Counted from the first letter of the stretch, positions 12,557-26,269 are shown. The stretch is 64,000 nt of DNA from Eledone cirrhosa (GCA_964016885.1 OZ024742.1:93992001-94056000); one strand, 5' to 3'. Made by a program: numbers and translations. Notes: generated by a model not told the origin, from the letters alone.

Positions 12557-12866
12557 TATATATTTATATGTACAAACGTGTGTATATGTAAGGATATGTA
12601 TACAGGGAAACAATACAATTGCACAGAAAACAGAATTTGTTTTCTCTCGCAATTTTGCTCTCTATATGCTAATCTAACTATCTAATGAATGCTTTCTTCA
12701 TCACGTAGGAACAAAACATTTCAAGCCACGGACGCCATTTTTTCACTGCACCAACAATGTCGCTTATTAGCAGAAAGAAAAATTAGTATCACTTTTTCTC
12801 TCTTTCTTTGTGTGTTTATATATATATATATATATGTATATATATAAATACACACACACACACACC

Positions 12867-12902
<36 letters not shown>

Positions 12903-13194
12903 CAAATACATACATATATACACACAAATGTCTATATGCATGTGTATGTAAGTGGCTATGTGTGTATGTGTGAGACATGAACGAAAGAATTACATGTGCT
13001 GGAGAAGTGAATGACGATAATCACTTCATAACTGTCACACACTCATATATAAGTATATTTATATATACATATATGTGTGTGTGTGTATGTGCGCATCTTC
13101 ACATATGTATATGTTTTGGCAGTATAAATGGTTTATAATTTCTATCAATCTCTCTCTTTGTCATATATATATATTATCATATATATATATATAT

Positions 13195-13375
13195 TAGTAA
13201 AAAGGAAAACAAAATGCTGGCAAATTTTTCCCAGTGAAAAATAGTTTAATTAGGAATAAGTATAAACTAGTAATAAGTATTAGTTAGTATTAAGTTTTAG
13301 TTTTAAATTTGTAACCGGTTGCGCATTTCTTATGCTTTTCAAAATAATTTTGAGATAGAGTGCTCGTGATTTTTG

Positions 13376-13378
<3 letters not shown>
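13195..13378 (-). repeat. Short diverged relative of the terminus of the 28700-31118 palindrome, between (TA)n tracts
   Basis: ccggttgcgcatttct..tgcttttcaaaataattttgagatagagtg is shared with 28828-28877. Confidence 0.75.
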
Positions 13379-13436
<58 letters not shown>

Positions 13437-13437
<1 letters not shown>

Positions 13438-13492
13438 CGAAGGAAATGTGGTAAGAATTAGCCGTCGAAACGGCTTGAGCTCAGCCGTCGGG
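13437..13492 (+). ncRNA. 5'-truncated hammerhead between two (TA)n tracts
   Basis: (TA)n-ACGA-...gtc-GAAA-cggct tgagctc agccg-TC-gggg: intact stem III and GUC site, 5' core cut off. Confidence 0.5.
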
Positions 13493-13504
13493 GTCTTACT
13501 TGTT

Positions 13505-13572
<68 letters not shown>

Positions 13573-13630
13573 CCTATATATATATACATATATATATATA
13601 TGTGTGTATATATATATGTCTGTTTGTATA

Positions 13631-13669
<39 letters not shown>

Positions 13670-14428
13670 ATATTTATATATATAAATATATATATACATA
13701 GATGTATGTATATAATATGTGCACACATAAACACATACATACATGCATCAATTCTCACTGTAGTTAGTATTCATCTCTTTTCGTTCTTTATTTTATTTTC
13801 AATCTTTTTTTCTTTCCTTCTGTCTTGTGTTTCTTTCTACCTTTCATTTTTCTCTCTTTTTCTTTGTCATTTTGTTTGTCTTACTTTCTAGTTTCTATCT
13901 TTTGTCCAATCTTTTTTTCCTATCTTTCTTCTTTCTATTTTTACTTTTTTCCCTGAGTATTTGTTCTGATATCTCTCTCTCCCTCTCTCTCTATCTCTCT
14001 CTTCCTCTACCCCCTCTCTCTCTCTGTATACATGTTCTAGTCAAGAGATAGAAGTAAAAAATAAATAATTGAATCATAGAGTAATAAATAATGATAAAAT
14101 ATGTAGGTAACAATAGTAACGATGTCATGGACAATGATATGCCCATCATAACATTTACCACCACCACCAACCATCTGTACTCAATGACTGAGTATAGTTT
14201 CCATTAAAATATGTTAATGATGATAAAAACAGACAGGTGATAAATTCTTCATCTTTACACTAAAGTTTTTGTGTTCTTTCATGTTATTCCATGTCTTCTG
14301 TGTTTAAAAATTAACATATATATATTATCATGGAAACTGCGTAATATGACAGCTACAGCCTGATGACATCTGTCATCGTTTTACCAATAATTGTTGCAGG
14401 TCAATATTTTCATTGCCGTGGTGGTGGT

Positions 14429-14459
<31 letters not shown>

Positions 14460-14734
14460 GACAGGGTTTAGAGATACCTGTGTGATTTTTCTGTTCATTC
14501 TACATTACTTAATTACTGAATATGTCAGCTGTATGTTTACAGGTTATGTAAGCTTGAGATTGTGGTTAGATTTGGTTTGTTCTAGATGTATTTAGATTCA
14601 AGTCAGGGCAATAATGGTATTAATTACAAACACACACTATATTAGTTACACACACACAATTGAGAGATAGAGATAGAGACAGAAAGAGGGAGAGAGAGAG
14701 AGAGACGGAGAGAGGAAGAGAGAGAGAGAGAGAA

Positions 14735-14767
<33 letters not shown>

Positions 14768-14969
14768 GAGAGAAAGAGAGAGAGAGCCAGAGAGAGAGAG
14801 TTAACTTGTCAAAACCACCTGAGCTCATTGTTGAACCTCTACATCTCTTAATATATATATATATATATATATACAAATGCATGCATACATGGCAGATAGA
14901 TGTAAAATAATAATGATTATTATGATGATGATGATACTATATACAGGTGATATGTAAAGGTGTATATAT

Positions 14970-15011
<42 letters not shown>

Positions 15012-15629
15012 ATATATACACCTGTATATATCATCATCATCATAATAATCATTATTATTTTACATCTATCTGCCATGTATGCATGCATTTCTGAGACCAG
15101 ACATATTAGATGTCTGCATATTACTCTCTCTATATATATATATATTCTTGTGGTACAACTATGTAAATAAATTCTTTATATCCACATGACATGTTTTCAT
15201 GTCTATGCATTAATAATAGACTTTCTCCTTCCTTTGAAATTTCTGGCCTTGTGCCTAAATCAGAAACAATTATTATTATTATTAAATTCCACAAACGTTT
15301 CCTTTGCCTTTCATCCTTCCAAGGTCAATCAAATTAGTGCCAATGAAAAAAATGGGGTTGATTTAATCTATTAATCATCATCACATATCTCTCACGAAAG
15401 AAAAAAAAAAAAAAAAAAAATTGCTGGCCTTCTGCGTGAATTAGAAACATTAATATAGGGGAACCTCAGTTCATGAATTTAATTCATTCATGAAGGCCAT
15501 TCATCACATGGAATGTTCATAAACCGAAACTGTTTTTAGAGAAAAAAATGTATGTAGGGAAAAATATATGGTGAACATGTAATTGTATATGCTTGACTGT
15601 ATATGTATTGATCTCTCTGTAGATATGTG

Positions 15630-15880
15630 ACTGCATGCTTAGTGGTTAGACCATTTTGCTTGCAATCGAAAGGTTGTGAGTTCAATTCTCGGACCGGGTG
15701 ATGTGTTGTTTCCTTGACCAAGACACTTTATTTCACGTTGCTCCAGTTTACTCAGCTGTAGAAATGAGTACCGGCCTGCCCGCCCAGCCAGTGGGATGGC
15801 GTTATCTTATGACTAAAACAGCACGACGTGCTGTAACCAGTGGCGCCGATTGGCGCCCGACAGGCTGGTCGGTCAAGGTG
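15630..15880 (+). mobile_element. tRNA-derived CORE-type SINE (Octopus OR-like)
   Basis: gcttagtggttag A box, gagttcaattc B box, CORE-like gtttccttgaccaagacactttatttcacgttgctccagtttactcagctgtagaaatgag. Confidence 0.75.
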
Positions 15881-15893
15881 ATATATATATATG

Positions 15894-15930
<37 letters not shown>

Positions 15931-16490
15931 AGAATAATCATCTATTGATGTTGATCACAAAATTATGTTCTGTTGCTCTGTGTTATATGAATTTGAAAAA
16001 TATGGAAACCATCATATTTCCCAGTGTCTTGATACACTATCATCTTTCCTATGGAGGGGAATGTTTGGAACTATGTAGCTATAAAATGAAGCCATCTTCT
16101 ATTGCAGAGGATAATTCTGACATTTGAAATTAGATGCTATAGAAACATCATAGGTATATTTTACATGGAACACATAAGCATTCTAAGCAATATTTCAAGC
16201 AACATTTAGACAAATATGAAATCCTGTTATGTTGCAGTTGGGGCTAGATGAGTCAGTGGACTACATCTTGCTGATATGTTCCATATTTTGGCATTTTTAT
16301 ATTAGGAAGAATGCACCGCAGTCTGCCATACTGGAGCATTGCATTCAAAAGATTTTAGTCAACACTATCAACACATACTTTTTTTTCGCACAAATACATT
16401 TGTTTTCAAATCTTGTACTTATTTCATTGATCTCTGTGGAACTGATGTGTTATGGGGCACCAACAATCAGTAAATATAAACACAGACAAA

Positions 16491-16563
<73 letters not shown>

Positions 16564-17037
16564 ATTACCATTTAACATCCATATTTCATGCTTGCATGTA
16601 TTAGACTGGTTGTCATGTTCTAAGGCTAAACCAGTTATGTGGCATTTTGGAGCTAGCTTCTACGGCTGGGAAATCTTCATAGTACAAACCACTTTATAAT
16701 GTGCACTGGGAGTATTTTATCATGGAAACAACACTATCATTTAACAGAGCAGGCTGGGCTTGTTATAATGGCACCAACTATATATATATTTTCTCTTTTC
16801 TCCCAAAACAACCAATCAAAGAAAACGTAAAACTGACCACCACAAATAAATGAGAACAGAAATCTATTTTTTTATGCTGTATGGGAATCATTCTGTCATT
16901 ATGCTAACAAAAGTCCGATGAGGTTTTGATTCCAGAGTCGAGCCCGATCGATAGGGTTAAAACTTTGAGCTGATCAATCGCGAAACATGTATCATACCTG
17001 AATAAACGTAATGGAAATATGACACCTCATACATACT

Positions 17038-17077
<40 letters not shown>

Positions 17078-17174
17078 TTAATAGGATATCTCAAAACACA
17101 AACGAAACCCGGGGGTAGAGACATGATCATGGTAAGAGTGTACGCATTTCTTCTAACTTTAATTCTATACCTAA

Positions 17175-18048
17175 CTAGCAGTAAAGCCCGGCGTTGCTCG
17201 GGGTCGCTCAGTAGCTGTGTTAAAGTTACAATGTTAAGTTTCTTTTTTGGCTTAAAAACTGTAGTGTCTACTGTGCAGACTTGCATGTGGTGTTTTTGAT
17301 TAATATTCCCTCAACCAACAATATGCCTTATGAAGTTAAGAAAACATAACGATAACCCGAATGTTATAACAAAAGAGGATGCTGGGGATAAAAACTGCAC
17401 TGGTTATTTATTAACAAAGATCGAAAATGTAAACACTGCAACGCAGAGAAAAACATTAGCGTAGCCAAATTATCAGTTATGTCTGTCTGCACGCCTATAT
17501 CACCTCTCAGCACGACTATCTGTCTGCACGCGTATATCACCTCTCTGCACGACTGTCTGTCTGCACGCCTAACGAAATTTACAGATACATATATTTTAAA
17601 TAAACTTAAATAATTTTTGTTTTTTTTTACGAAATATTTGCTTGTTTTACGTAGTCTTTAAATAGACTTGTTTTCAAGTAAAAATATTGTTTTAAAATGC
17701 TTTTAAATGGAAATGAAGCAAAACGGAAGCTTAGTGTTCGAACTGATGAATTTTGCAGTTATTTTAAACGCTGAGAAAGCCAGCGTAATTTTTTTAATTT
17801 TGCACGCAGACGCTCAATGTAAACAGAACAAAGGGAAATAACTGATCACTTACGCTCAAAAATCGATACATTATATTCGATTTCGTCAGATAGGGCGGGT
17901 CAATTTGAAATATTTTTTTTCCGATGTCTTCGCTAGGGCTCAATGTACAAGTATAGCAATTTCGGTGCAATTCCGTGAGAGATTCTAAGAGGAGATGTGT
18001 GCCAAAAATCGATAGACAGACAGACAACCTCAGTTTTATATATATAGA
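17175..18048 (-). mobile_element. Non-autonomous Helitron (dimer unit A)
   Basis: Same termini as 5167-6098. Confidence 0.9.
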
Positions 18049-19170
18049 CTAGCAGTAAAGCCCGGCGTTGCTCGGGGTCGCTCAGTAGCTGTGTTAAAGT
18101 TACAATGTTAAGTTTCTTTCTTGGCTTAAAAACTGTAGTGTCTACTGTGCAGACTTGCATGTGGTGTTTTTGATTAATATTCCCTCAACCAACAATATGC
18201 CTTATGAAGTTAAGAAAACATAACGATAACCCGAATGTTATAACAAAAGAGGATGCTGGGGATAGAAACTGCACTGGTTATTTATTAACAAAGATCGAAA
18301 ATGTAAACACTGCAACGCAGAGAAAAACATTAGCGTAACCAAATTATCAGTTATGTCTGTCTGCACGCCTATATCACCTCTCTGCACGACTGTCTGTCTG
18401 CACGCCTATATAATCTCTCTGCACGACTGTCTGTCTGCACGCGTATATCACCTCTCTGCACGACTGTCTGTCTGCACGCCTATATCACCTCTCTGCACGA
18501 CTGTCTGTCTGCACGCGTATATCACCTCTCTGCACGACTGTCTGTCTGCACGACTGTCTGTCTGCACGCCTAACGAAATTTACAGATACATATATTTTAA
18601 ATAAACTTATATAATTTTTGCTTTTTTTTACGAAATATTTGCTTGTTTTACTTAGTCTTTAAATAGACTTGTTTTCAAGTAAAAATATTGTTTTAAAATG
18701 CTTTTAAATGGAAATGAAGCTTGTTTTACGTAGTCTTTAAATAGACTTGTTTTCAAGTAAAAATATTGTTTTAAAATGCTTTTAAATGGAAATGAAGCAA
18801 AACGGAAGCTTAGTGTTCGAACTGATGAATTTTGCAGGTCAATATTTTGCTGGCTCGACAACTGTTCGTGTATTGTATTGTGTTAATGTCATTTTAAACG
18901 CTGAGAAAGCTAGCGTAATTTTTTACGTAAGACGCCCAATGTAAACAGAACAAAGGGAAATAACTGATCACTTACGCTCAAAAATCGATACATTATATTC
19001 GATTTCGTCACATAGGGTGGGTGAATTTGAAATATTTTTTTTCCGATGTCTTCGCTAGGGCTCAATGTACAAGTATAGCAATTTCGGTGCAATTCCGTGA
19101 GAGATTCTAAGAGGAGATGTGTGCCAAAAATCGATAGACAGACAGACAACCACAGTTTTATATATATAGA
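18049..19170 (-). mobile_element. Non-autonomous Helitron (dimer unit B)
   Basis: Precise head-to-tail junction ...tatataga|ctagcag at 18048/18049; internal ~80 bp duplication at 18640-18800. Confidence 0.9.
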
Positions 19171-19708
19171 TTGTGTATGATTGACGGTATATTCAGTCGA
19201 TTTCTACATGCTGTTGAAATGTTGGGTAGATATTCTATTGCGGTCGGCCGCGAAGAGGCTGCTGTCGTTTATTTATCAAATATTTCTTCATAGGAGCCTT
19301 TAATCTTATAGCGTGGTCTAATTGACTTTTTATGTGGTTAATTATGCTAATTGGGAGAGGAGATGGTGTATATATTTTATCAAATGATTCTATGGACATA
19401 CTTTATGAAATATTGCTCTGATTATTTAATTTATTAATTCTTCATTGAGCCACATCGTGAATCGTTGCCACATATATATCTGTGACTTTGTTTAGTTTGT
19501 GTATATGTAAATCTTTATATTTAATAATCTCCCATTAGGTTGAGATGCAATTTGGGCAATATTGGGCTGCGCTTTCTAGCAACCAGCCCAATCGCCGTAA
19601 GCAACCAATCACATTCTTTCTAACTTGACCACTGCCACGTCACGATTCTTAGCCATTTTGTCTGTTTCTGGCGGGGATCGCTTTGGAAAATTACCTGTCG
19701 TATGAGTT

Positions 19709-19790
19709 TGTTTCCTGACGAGTTCGAAACTCGAGATTTTATCCTTAATAGGATATCTCAAAACACGAACGAAACCCGAAGGTAGAGACA
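19709..19790 (+). ncRNA. Type I hammerhead ribozyme
   Basis: tgtttc-CTGACGA-gttcg..gagat..atcct taat aggat atctc..cgaac-GAAA-cc cgaa gg-TA-gagaca. Confidence 0.85.
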
Positions 19791-20076
19791 TAATCCTGGT
19801 AAGAGTGTACGCATTTCTTCTAACTTTAATTCTATACCTAATCGTGTATGGTTGACGGTATATTTAGTCGATTTCTATATGCTGTTGAAATGTTGGGTAG
19901 ATATTCTATTGCGGTCAGCCGCGAAGAGGCTGCTGTCGTTTATTTATCAAATATTTCTTCATAGGAGCCTTTAATCTTATAGCCTGGTCTAATTGATTTT
20001 TTATGTGGTTAATTATGCTAATTGGGAGAGGAAATGGTGTATATATTTTATCAAATGATTCTATGGACATAATTTA

Positions 20077-20117
<41 letters not shown>

Positions 20118-20378
20118 CGTTGCTTTGGTTGCAAAGCTGTCTAAACGTAAGGTAAAATACCTTAGTGAGTGCTTAGCTGCACATTCCGATTCCATTCGTT
20201 AGCTTAGCTGCAGCCAGAGCTTCGATTATGCTGAACTTACATTTGTATATATATATATATATATATTTATTTTTTTTTAGTCGATCGACTTTCGTCAAAT
20301 CGGACCGAGGAAACAATGTTTCCATTGGTCTTTCCAATTACTAATACTATCTATCGGTCGAAACTCCAGGTAGGAGGA

Positions 20379-20496
20379 GCAACGTGAAATAAAGTGTCTT
20401 GCTCAAGGACATAACGCATCGCCCGATTCGGGAATAGAACTCACAACCTCACGATTGTGAATCCAGTTCTCTAACTACTCAGCCACGCGCCTCCAC
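20379..20496 (-). mobile_element. CORE-type SINE 5' part
   Basis: Reverse complement of tRNA head plus gtccttgagcaagacactttatttcacgttgc. Confidence 0.7.
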
Positions 20497-20521
20497 AATA
20501 TATATATCTAAGAACTGACTA

Positions 20522-20577
20522 ACTGCCTGATGAGGTCATAGCCATTCAATAGCTATCATCGAAATATATATAGCAGT
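20522..20577 (+). ncRNA. Type I hammerhead ribozyme
   Basis: actgc-CTGATGA-ggtcatagc cattcaata gctatcatc-GAAA-tatata-TA-gcagt. Confidence 0.8.
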
Positions 20578-20618
20578 AAATAAAGGATTATGAGTTCATG
20601 CAATTGTCTTATGTTTCG

Positions 20619-20668
<50 letters not shown>

Positions 20669-20709
20669 CGAAACATAAGACAATTGCATGAACTCATAAT
20701 CCTTTATTT

Positions 20710-20765
20710 ACTGCTATATATATTTCGATGATAGCTATTGAATGGCTATGACCTCATCAGGCAGT
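20710..20765 (-). ncRNA. Type I hammerhead ribozyme (inverted copy)
   Basis: Exact reverse complement of 20522-20577. Confidence 0.8.
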
Positions 20766-21258
20766 TAGTCAGTTCTTAGATATGCCAGCTCTGTGTTTAT
20801 GGTGTTGATGGTTTTAGAGCCTTGGGACATATGAGCTTGTTAGGGATTATTTAATGTAGTCAGCAGGAATAATCTTAATTCTCATTGGTCAGTGTGTAGA
20901 TGCTAGTAGGGTTGGTATTTTACCTCAAAGAGGCAGGTGGTGTTGTAAAGTTCAAACCGTCAGGCAAGATGACAATAGTTCCATATGACTGATTTTCACA
21001 AAAAGCATTCCTGGTCAGATATATATTCAATTGAGGTTTATAGTATGAAATTTGATACTACAGGTCGTTCTTAAATTGAGGAATTTATGTGGGGTGGTAC
21101 TACTGAAAATTATGGTTAGAGTCAAATACTAGAAAGTTTACATATAAAAAGACTCATCATTCCTTAAATACTAGTCCCACTTCCTCAAATCACCACATAA
21201 GTCCTAATCTGTCCACTATTAAATAGTCAACGCATACAGATACTCGCACATATATACA

Positions 21259-21400
21259 TGTGGATTGGCAGTATCAGTAGAGCATCAGACACCATGTTTT
21301 GCAGCATAGAGTTATAGCGCTTTACGTTCTGAGTTCAAATCCCACCAAGGTTAATTTTGCACACTGGGGTAATTGCTGGCCTTCAGCCAAATGTAGAAAG
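21259..21400 (+). mobile_element. OK-like SINE, internally deleted
   Basis: gtggattggcagtatcagtagagc...gagttcaaatccc...gcactggggtaattgctggcc. Confidence 0.7.
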
Positions 21401-21429
21401 AAATATATACACATTTAATATTCCCAACA

Positions 21430-22097
21430 TTTTTTCGGATTAACTATCATCTAGTCTCCAGAATGAAACTTGGCTTCATCATTATGATCCCCAGACCAAG
21501 CAGCAATCAATGGAGTGATGCCACAGCAGTTCACTGAGTCCTAAGTAGTTTCGAACCAAGATATTAGCTGGAAACATTCTGACTTCAGTGATCTGGGACA
21601 AAGATGAAGTACTCCTCATAATATACGTACTAAGACTTAACACCATCAACATAGAATATTACATGTCTCTGCGGGACGAACTGCATGAAGAATTTGAAGC
21701 AGAATTGCCATGGAAATATGAGCCATGGTGTCCTGTGTTTGCAGAAAAATGTACCAGTACACACAGCACATGAAACTGTGGAAAACGTGACTCTGATTTC
21801 ATATTGGTAGACCACCCACCTTACTCACCTGACTTACCCTCCTCCGACTATCACCTCTTTTCACAACAGAAGAAACATTTCAAGGGAACGAAATTTCACT
21901 CCGATTCAGAAGTGATCGCTGCTACAGTTTGGAGACCCAACCTTCTGAGTTCTAATTACAGGGCTTAGAAAAACTGAAGGACTGCTGCAATAAGTATATG
22001 AACCTGAGAGGGTAATATGTTTAATAAATTCATAATTAGCTGATCATTCTATATTTTCTTTTACCCAACGTCTGGAACTTTTCAGTACTTCTTCGTA
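21430..22097 (+). pseudogene. Mariner-type transposase relic with 3' TIR
   Basis: Broken frames give HYDPQTKQQSME, IWDKDEVLL, HPPYSPDLPSSDYHLF, KKHFKGTKFHSDSEV and GLEKLKDC; ends aacttttcagtacttcttcgTA. Confidence 0.85.
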
Positions 22098-23305
22098 TAT
22101 ATAGATATATTAAATCAGTGAAACTGTAGGCATTCTGAAAGCTGATTAATGTATTTAAATATTTTTGATCTCCTTTCATCCATTTTATTCCTTTCTCCTT
22201 TCTTCCAATCAATTCTTTGAACCAACTCACTTCTAGTCGCTGATTTCTATCGTTTGAGGTAATGTTTTACCTATTGCCACTTCGAAGGTATTTTTCTATT
22301 TTAACAGCTTCCTTATGCCAAGTTTTCCCATTTTCCTACAAATTATAATACACTCGCGTCTCAAAACTCAATGTTCAAGTTAATTTTGTTCATATATATA
22401 TAGAGAGATTTGTAATTCACGTTTGTACAGTTCCCCCTCCATCACATTTCAGACACAAGGTATTGGTCAACAAAACAGAAGACAATTGCCCAAGGGGCCA
22501 CACAGTGAGACTAAATTTGAAACCACATGGTGGCAAAGCAAACTTGTTAACCACACAGCCTTGCTCATATTTGTCCTCAAATACTGCATAGCTGCAGATG
22601 TGATATGAACTCAATACAATGAGCTGTATTTATGACACCACCTTTGTCTAAACAGCATACAGCTTTAGTTTCTTTTAATAAAACAACAACGGAAGTGGAA
22701 TGAAATACTCAATGATAAAATCAATTTGAATAAAAACAAAATAATTTCCACCTTTCAGTTTCATTTGTAATCTTTTTTAAACTTATATACATTATCACAA
22801 AGACACACGCATATAGTTGTGGGTGAGAGTAAAATTGATCCACATACAAAGCGTTGGTTCTATATAAAAAACTACTCTCTCTATAGGTAAAAATTTATAA
22901 AATAATGAAACCAGAAGAACATACATAGATGCATGCATATATACATATATACATGCATACATACATGCATACATACACATTTGTGAAATTATAAAACCAG
23001 AAGAACATACGTACATACACACATACAAACGTAATATCACAATGTATTTACTTGCTACTTAAGAAGCCAAGTAAACAAACACTGAAAAAATATATGGGGG
23101 AACGATTTAAAACTTAAATGCAAAGTACACAGTACTATATAAATGATATTGCATTAGGAACAGGGTACAAGAGGATTGGATAATGGTTACATTTAATTCT
23201 TTTATAATACTAAACAAAGGGGATTTTTTAAAAAAATGGAATACATTTTTAAAAGAATAAATACTCTTTTCTTTCTATTCCATTTACACCCCACACTCAC
23301 CCCTC

Positions 23306-23354
<49 letters not shown>

Positions 23355-23476
23355 TACATATGTGTGTGTGTGTGTGTGTGTGTGTGTTTGTAAAAAGTAA
23401 ACAGAAATAACAAAGCAAATGGCACAGTACATTGAAGAAATATATTAGTTTAATTTTTGAAATAACAGGAAAAGAG

Positions 23477-23512
23477 TCTTAACGTTTTGGACACGTGTCA
23501 TTCATCAGAAGA
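23477..23512 (-). ncRNA. Degenerate minimal hammerhead (GAAA to AAAA); same family as 60942
   Basis: Minus strand: tctt-CTGATGA-atgacacgtgtcc-AAAA-cg-TT-aaga. Confidence 0.5.
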
Positions 23513-25977
23513 TAGAATTAAAAATATAAGATAAATTAAGAAGATAAAGAGTGGGAAGAGAAAGGAATAGAAAACAATGAAAAACAAACACGTGTGGATT
23601 CTGTCAGCCATATATATACATATATATATATATATACATACAGCTGACATAATTAACAACAGAGGAAGGTGCATCTAGAACATACTAGTTAGAATAAGGA
23701 TAGGACGATAAAAGTTTAGAGAGCTACTTCCACTGTTGACTTCAAAAGGTTTCTCCCTATATACAAAAGGAAATCTTTATAATGCCTGGGTGTGAAGGGT
23801 GATGCTTTGTGGTAATGAAATATCAGCTGTGACTAGAGGATAGGCATAGACTTGAGAGAAATGAAGAAACCATGCTTCATTGGTATGCAATTTAAGTGTG
23901 AGAGACAGAGTGAGCTTAGACAAACTGAGGGAGAAGCTGGGTTTAAGAAGAACCCGAGGTAGAGTACAGGAAAGAAGACTGTGATAGTACAGATATGTGA
24001 TGTGCTTGGATGATGATTGATAGGTGAAGAAGTGCCAAAAAATGCCAGTGGTAAGAAAGCTGCAGTAAACGTAGACCAAGAAAGATCTGGGCAGAGATGG
24101 TGAGACTCACAGGAGATGATGAAGGAACACGAAGAGTGGAGAGATGTTGTGCTGAGAAGGACCTGTAAAACCCATGCAAGTGTGGAAAAAAGAAAGTAAA
24201 AATGTTGATGATGATGATGATATATGTATGTATATACCCTGCCAATTGTATCCAGTAGGCTATGTATATCTAGTTTAGAATATGGATACCATATACTTGC
24301 ATGTCAGAAGAAGTGACTAACAGGTTTGGTGTCAAGAAGGGCATCTAGCCATAAAAACTTGCCCCTTACAACCCATGCTAGCACTGAAAATGGTGATGAT
24401 GATATATATGTATATCTGTGTGTTCATATTTGTGTTTACATTTACAGTTTGTTTATGTCCCTATACTTAGCAGTTCAGTAGAAAAACAGGTCAATAAAAT
24501 AAGTACCAGACTTGAAAAAAGTATAATCCCTACATTTTCTTTTCTATTCTCTCCAAACCTACATTAAATACTTTTATTTTTGATCTATCATTTTACTTTC
24601 CTTTTGTTTTGTTTTACCACTAAATCTTGATTGTTGCAATCCATCTTATATGTAATACCATTTACCTAACTTAGACATTCTTAATAACAAAATAAACAGA
24701 TTAATAGTTTCCCAAAATAAATAAAGATGATTTAGCTTAATTCTCCTCCATACTACTTTGCTATTTGTTTTCTCTTCAAACATTTAAACTTACAGTTAGA
24801 AATAAATCAAATGTCACACATGAATGAATTAGTTGAGAGGGGTGTCCAAAGTTTCGTGGCCTAAGCTTGGAAAAACCCATTGAATAAAATTCTTTATTTA
24901 GCCTGTCTGTTGTCTTACTGAAAGTCCATTCAACTTATTCTACTGGTGGAAGACACAAGGTTAGAAGGTAGAAAGTTGATCTGAAGAAGCAGCTGAAGTT
25001 GCCAGAAGCTGTTGCCTGAATATTGCAAATGTCTAATCTGAAAGAAGAACAACAACAGGTTTGGCTGTATGATTAAGAAGTTGACTTCACAACCATGTCG
25101 TTTCAGGTTCAATTCCCCTGCGTGGCACATTAAGGGGGTAGTTTCTATTCACTTCGAGCTGACCAATGCCTTGTAAGTAAAATTTGGAAGATAGTGTGGA
25201 AAATAAATGACAAAGTAGCGTAGAGGAGAATTTAGTTATATCATCTTTACTTGTTTTATAAAAACTATTAATCTGTTTATTTTATTATTAAATTTTTATT
25301 TAAATCTGGCTGGCTATACGAATATGCTTCATCAGCTCATATACATAAGTGAGAAAGCTATAAGATTCTAGCTTATTTTTGTCTCAGTTGAATCTAGGTG
25401 GATATGCAGCTTTGACAAACTCTAACAAGGGAGAAACAACGTTTTCAGTTTCTTCCCCTGTTTTTTTTTCTTATACTAAGAATGTGTGACGGTGATCAAA
25501 ACCTTAAAAATTTCATATCAGAAGGCCATCAAACGTTTTTCTTAAACATGCTTTATACAACACGTTCATATATGTGTATATATATATCAGAGAACTTATA
25601 CTGATTTTTCTATATTGTCCATCTCAACAGTCGATGACCCTGAAGTTCTGTGTCTTTCGTTTGTATTTTATTTTCGAAAAATAATTTTTTAAGGTTTCTC
25701 CTTTAAAAAATCGTTTTTCATTTTGCCTTGTTTTCATTCATTGTCTTGTCCTCCTTTTGTTAATATTCCTAATTATGTATATATGTATAGCAGTTGATAG
25801 TAGTCATCTTTAAAATATTAGAGATATAATTGAATGACCCTCAGGCAGGTCATAATGAAGCCAATATTTTAAAAACAAGTAAGCATTGGAAACTGAAAGG
25901 GCAACTAGGTATAGAATATTGCCTAGAAATGTCCTATCTAACTCATGCTAGCATAGAAAATTGGAATGTAAAAATGA

Positions 25978-26090
25978 TAATTGTTTCTACTTTGGGCACA
26001 AGGCCAACAATTATTCCAGTGTATTACTGGTACTTTATTTTTTCGACCCCGTAAGGATGAAAGGCAAAGTTAACCTCGGCGGGATTTGAA
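25978..26090 (-). mobile_element. OK-like SINE, 5'-truncated
   Basis: SINE body flanked by repeated gaatgtaaaa(a)tgataat. Confidence 0.75.
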
Positions 26091-26269
26091 TGTAAAAATG
26101 ATAATGATGTTGACGTAGTGATGTGTTTCATATCCACCACAATGCTACAATAATAATTTCCAGCCTAGACACATGGCCACAAATTTGAGGGAGGGATAGA
26201 ATTAGTTATATCAACCCAAGAAGGAGAACATCAAACATGACTGACATGATTTGAACTGAATGATGATAA

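Larger units (their letters stand above)
17074..20080 (+). repeat. ~670 bp hammerhead-bearing unit in ~1.5 tandem copies between (TA)n tracts; first copy interrupted by the Helitron dimer
   Basis: 17074-17174 plus 19171-19410 is repeated uninterrupted at 19740-20080. Confidence 0.85.
20504..20783. repeat. Perfect palindrome (~120 bp arms) centred on (TA)n; each arm has a hammerhead
   Basis: atatctaagaactgact...ttcgtcac (TA)n gtgacgaa...agtcagttcttagatat. Confidence 0.95.

Noticed and set aside
16911-16997. CCGATGA...GAAA-catg-TA hammerhead candidate
   Set aside because: No convincing stem I could be formed.
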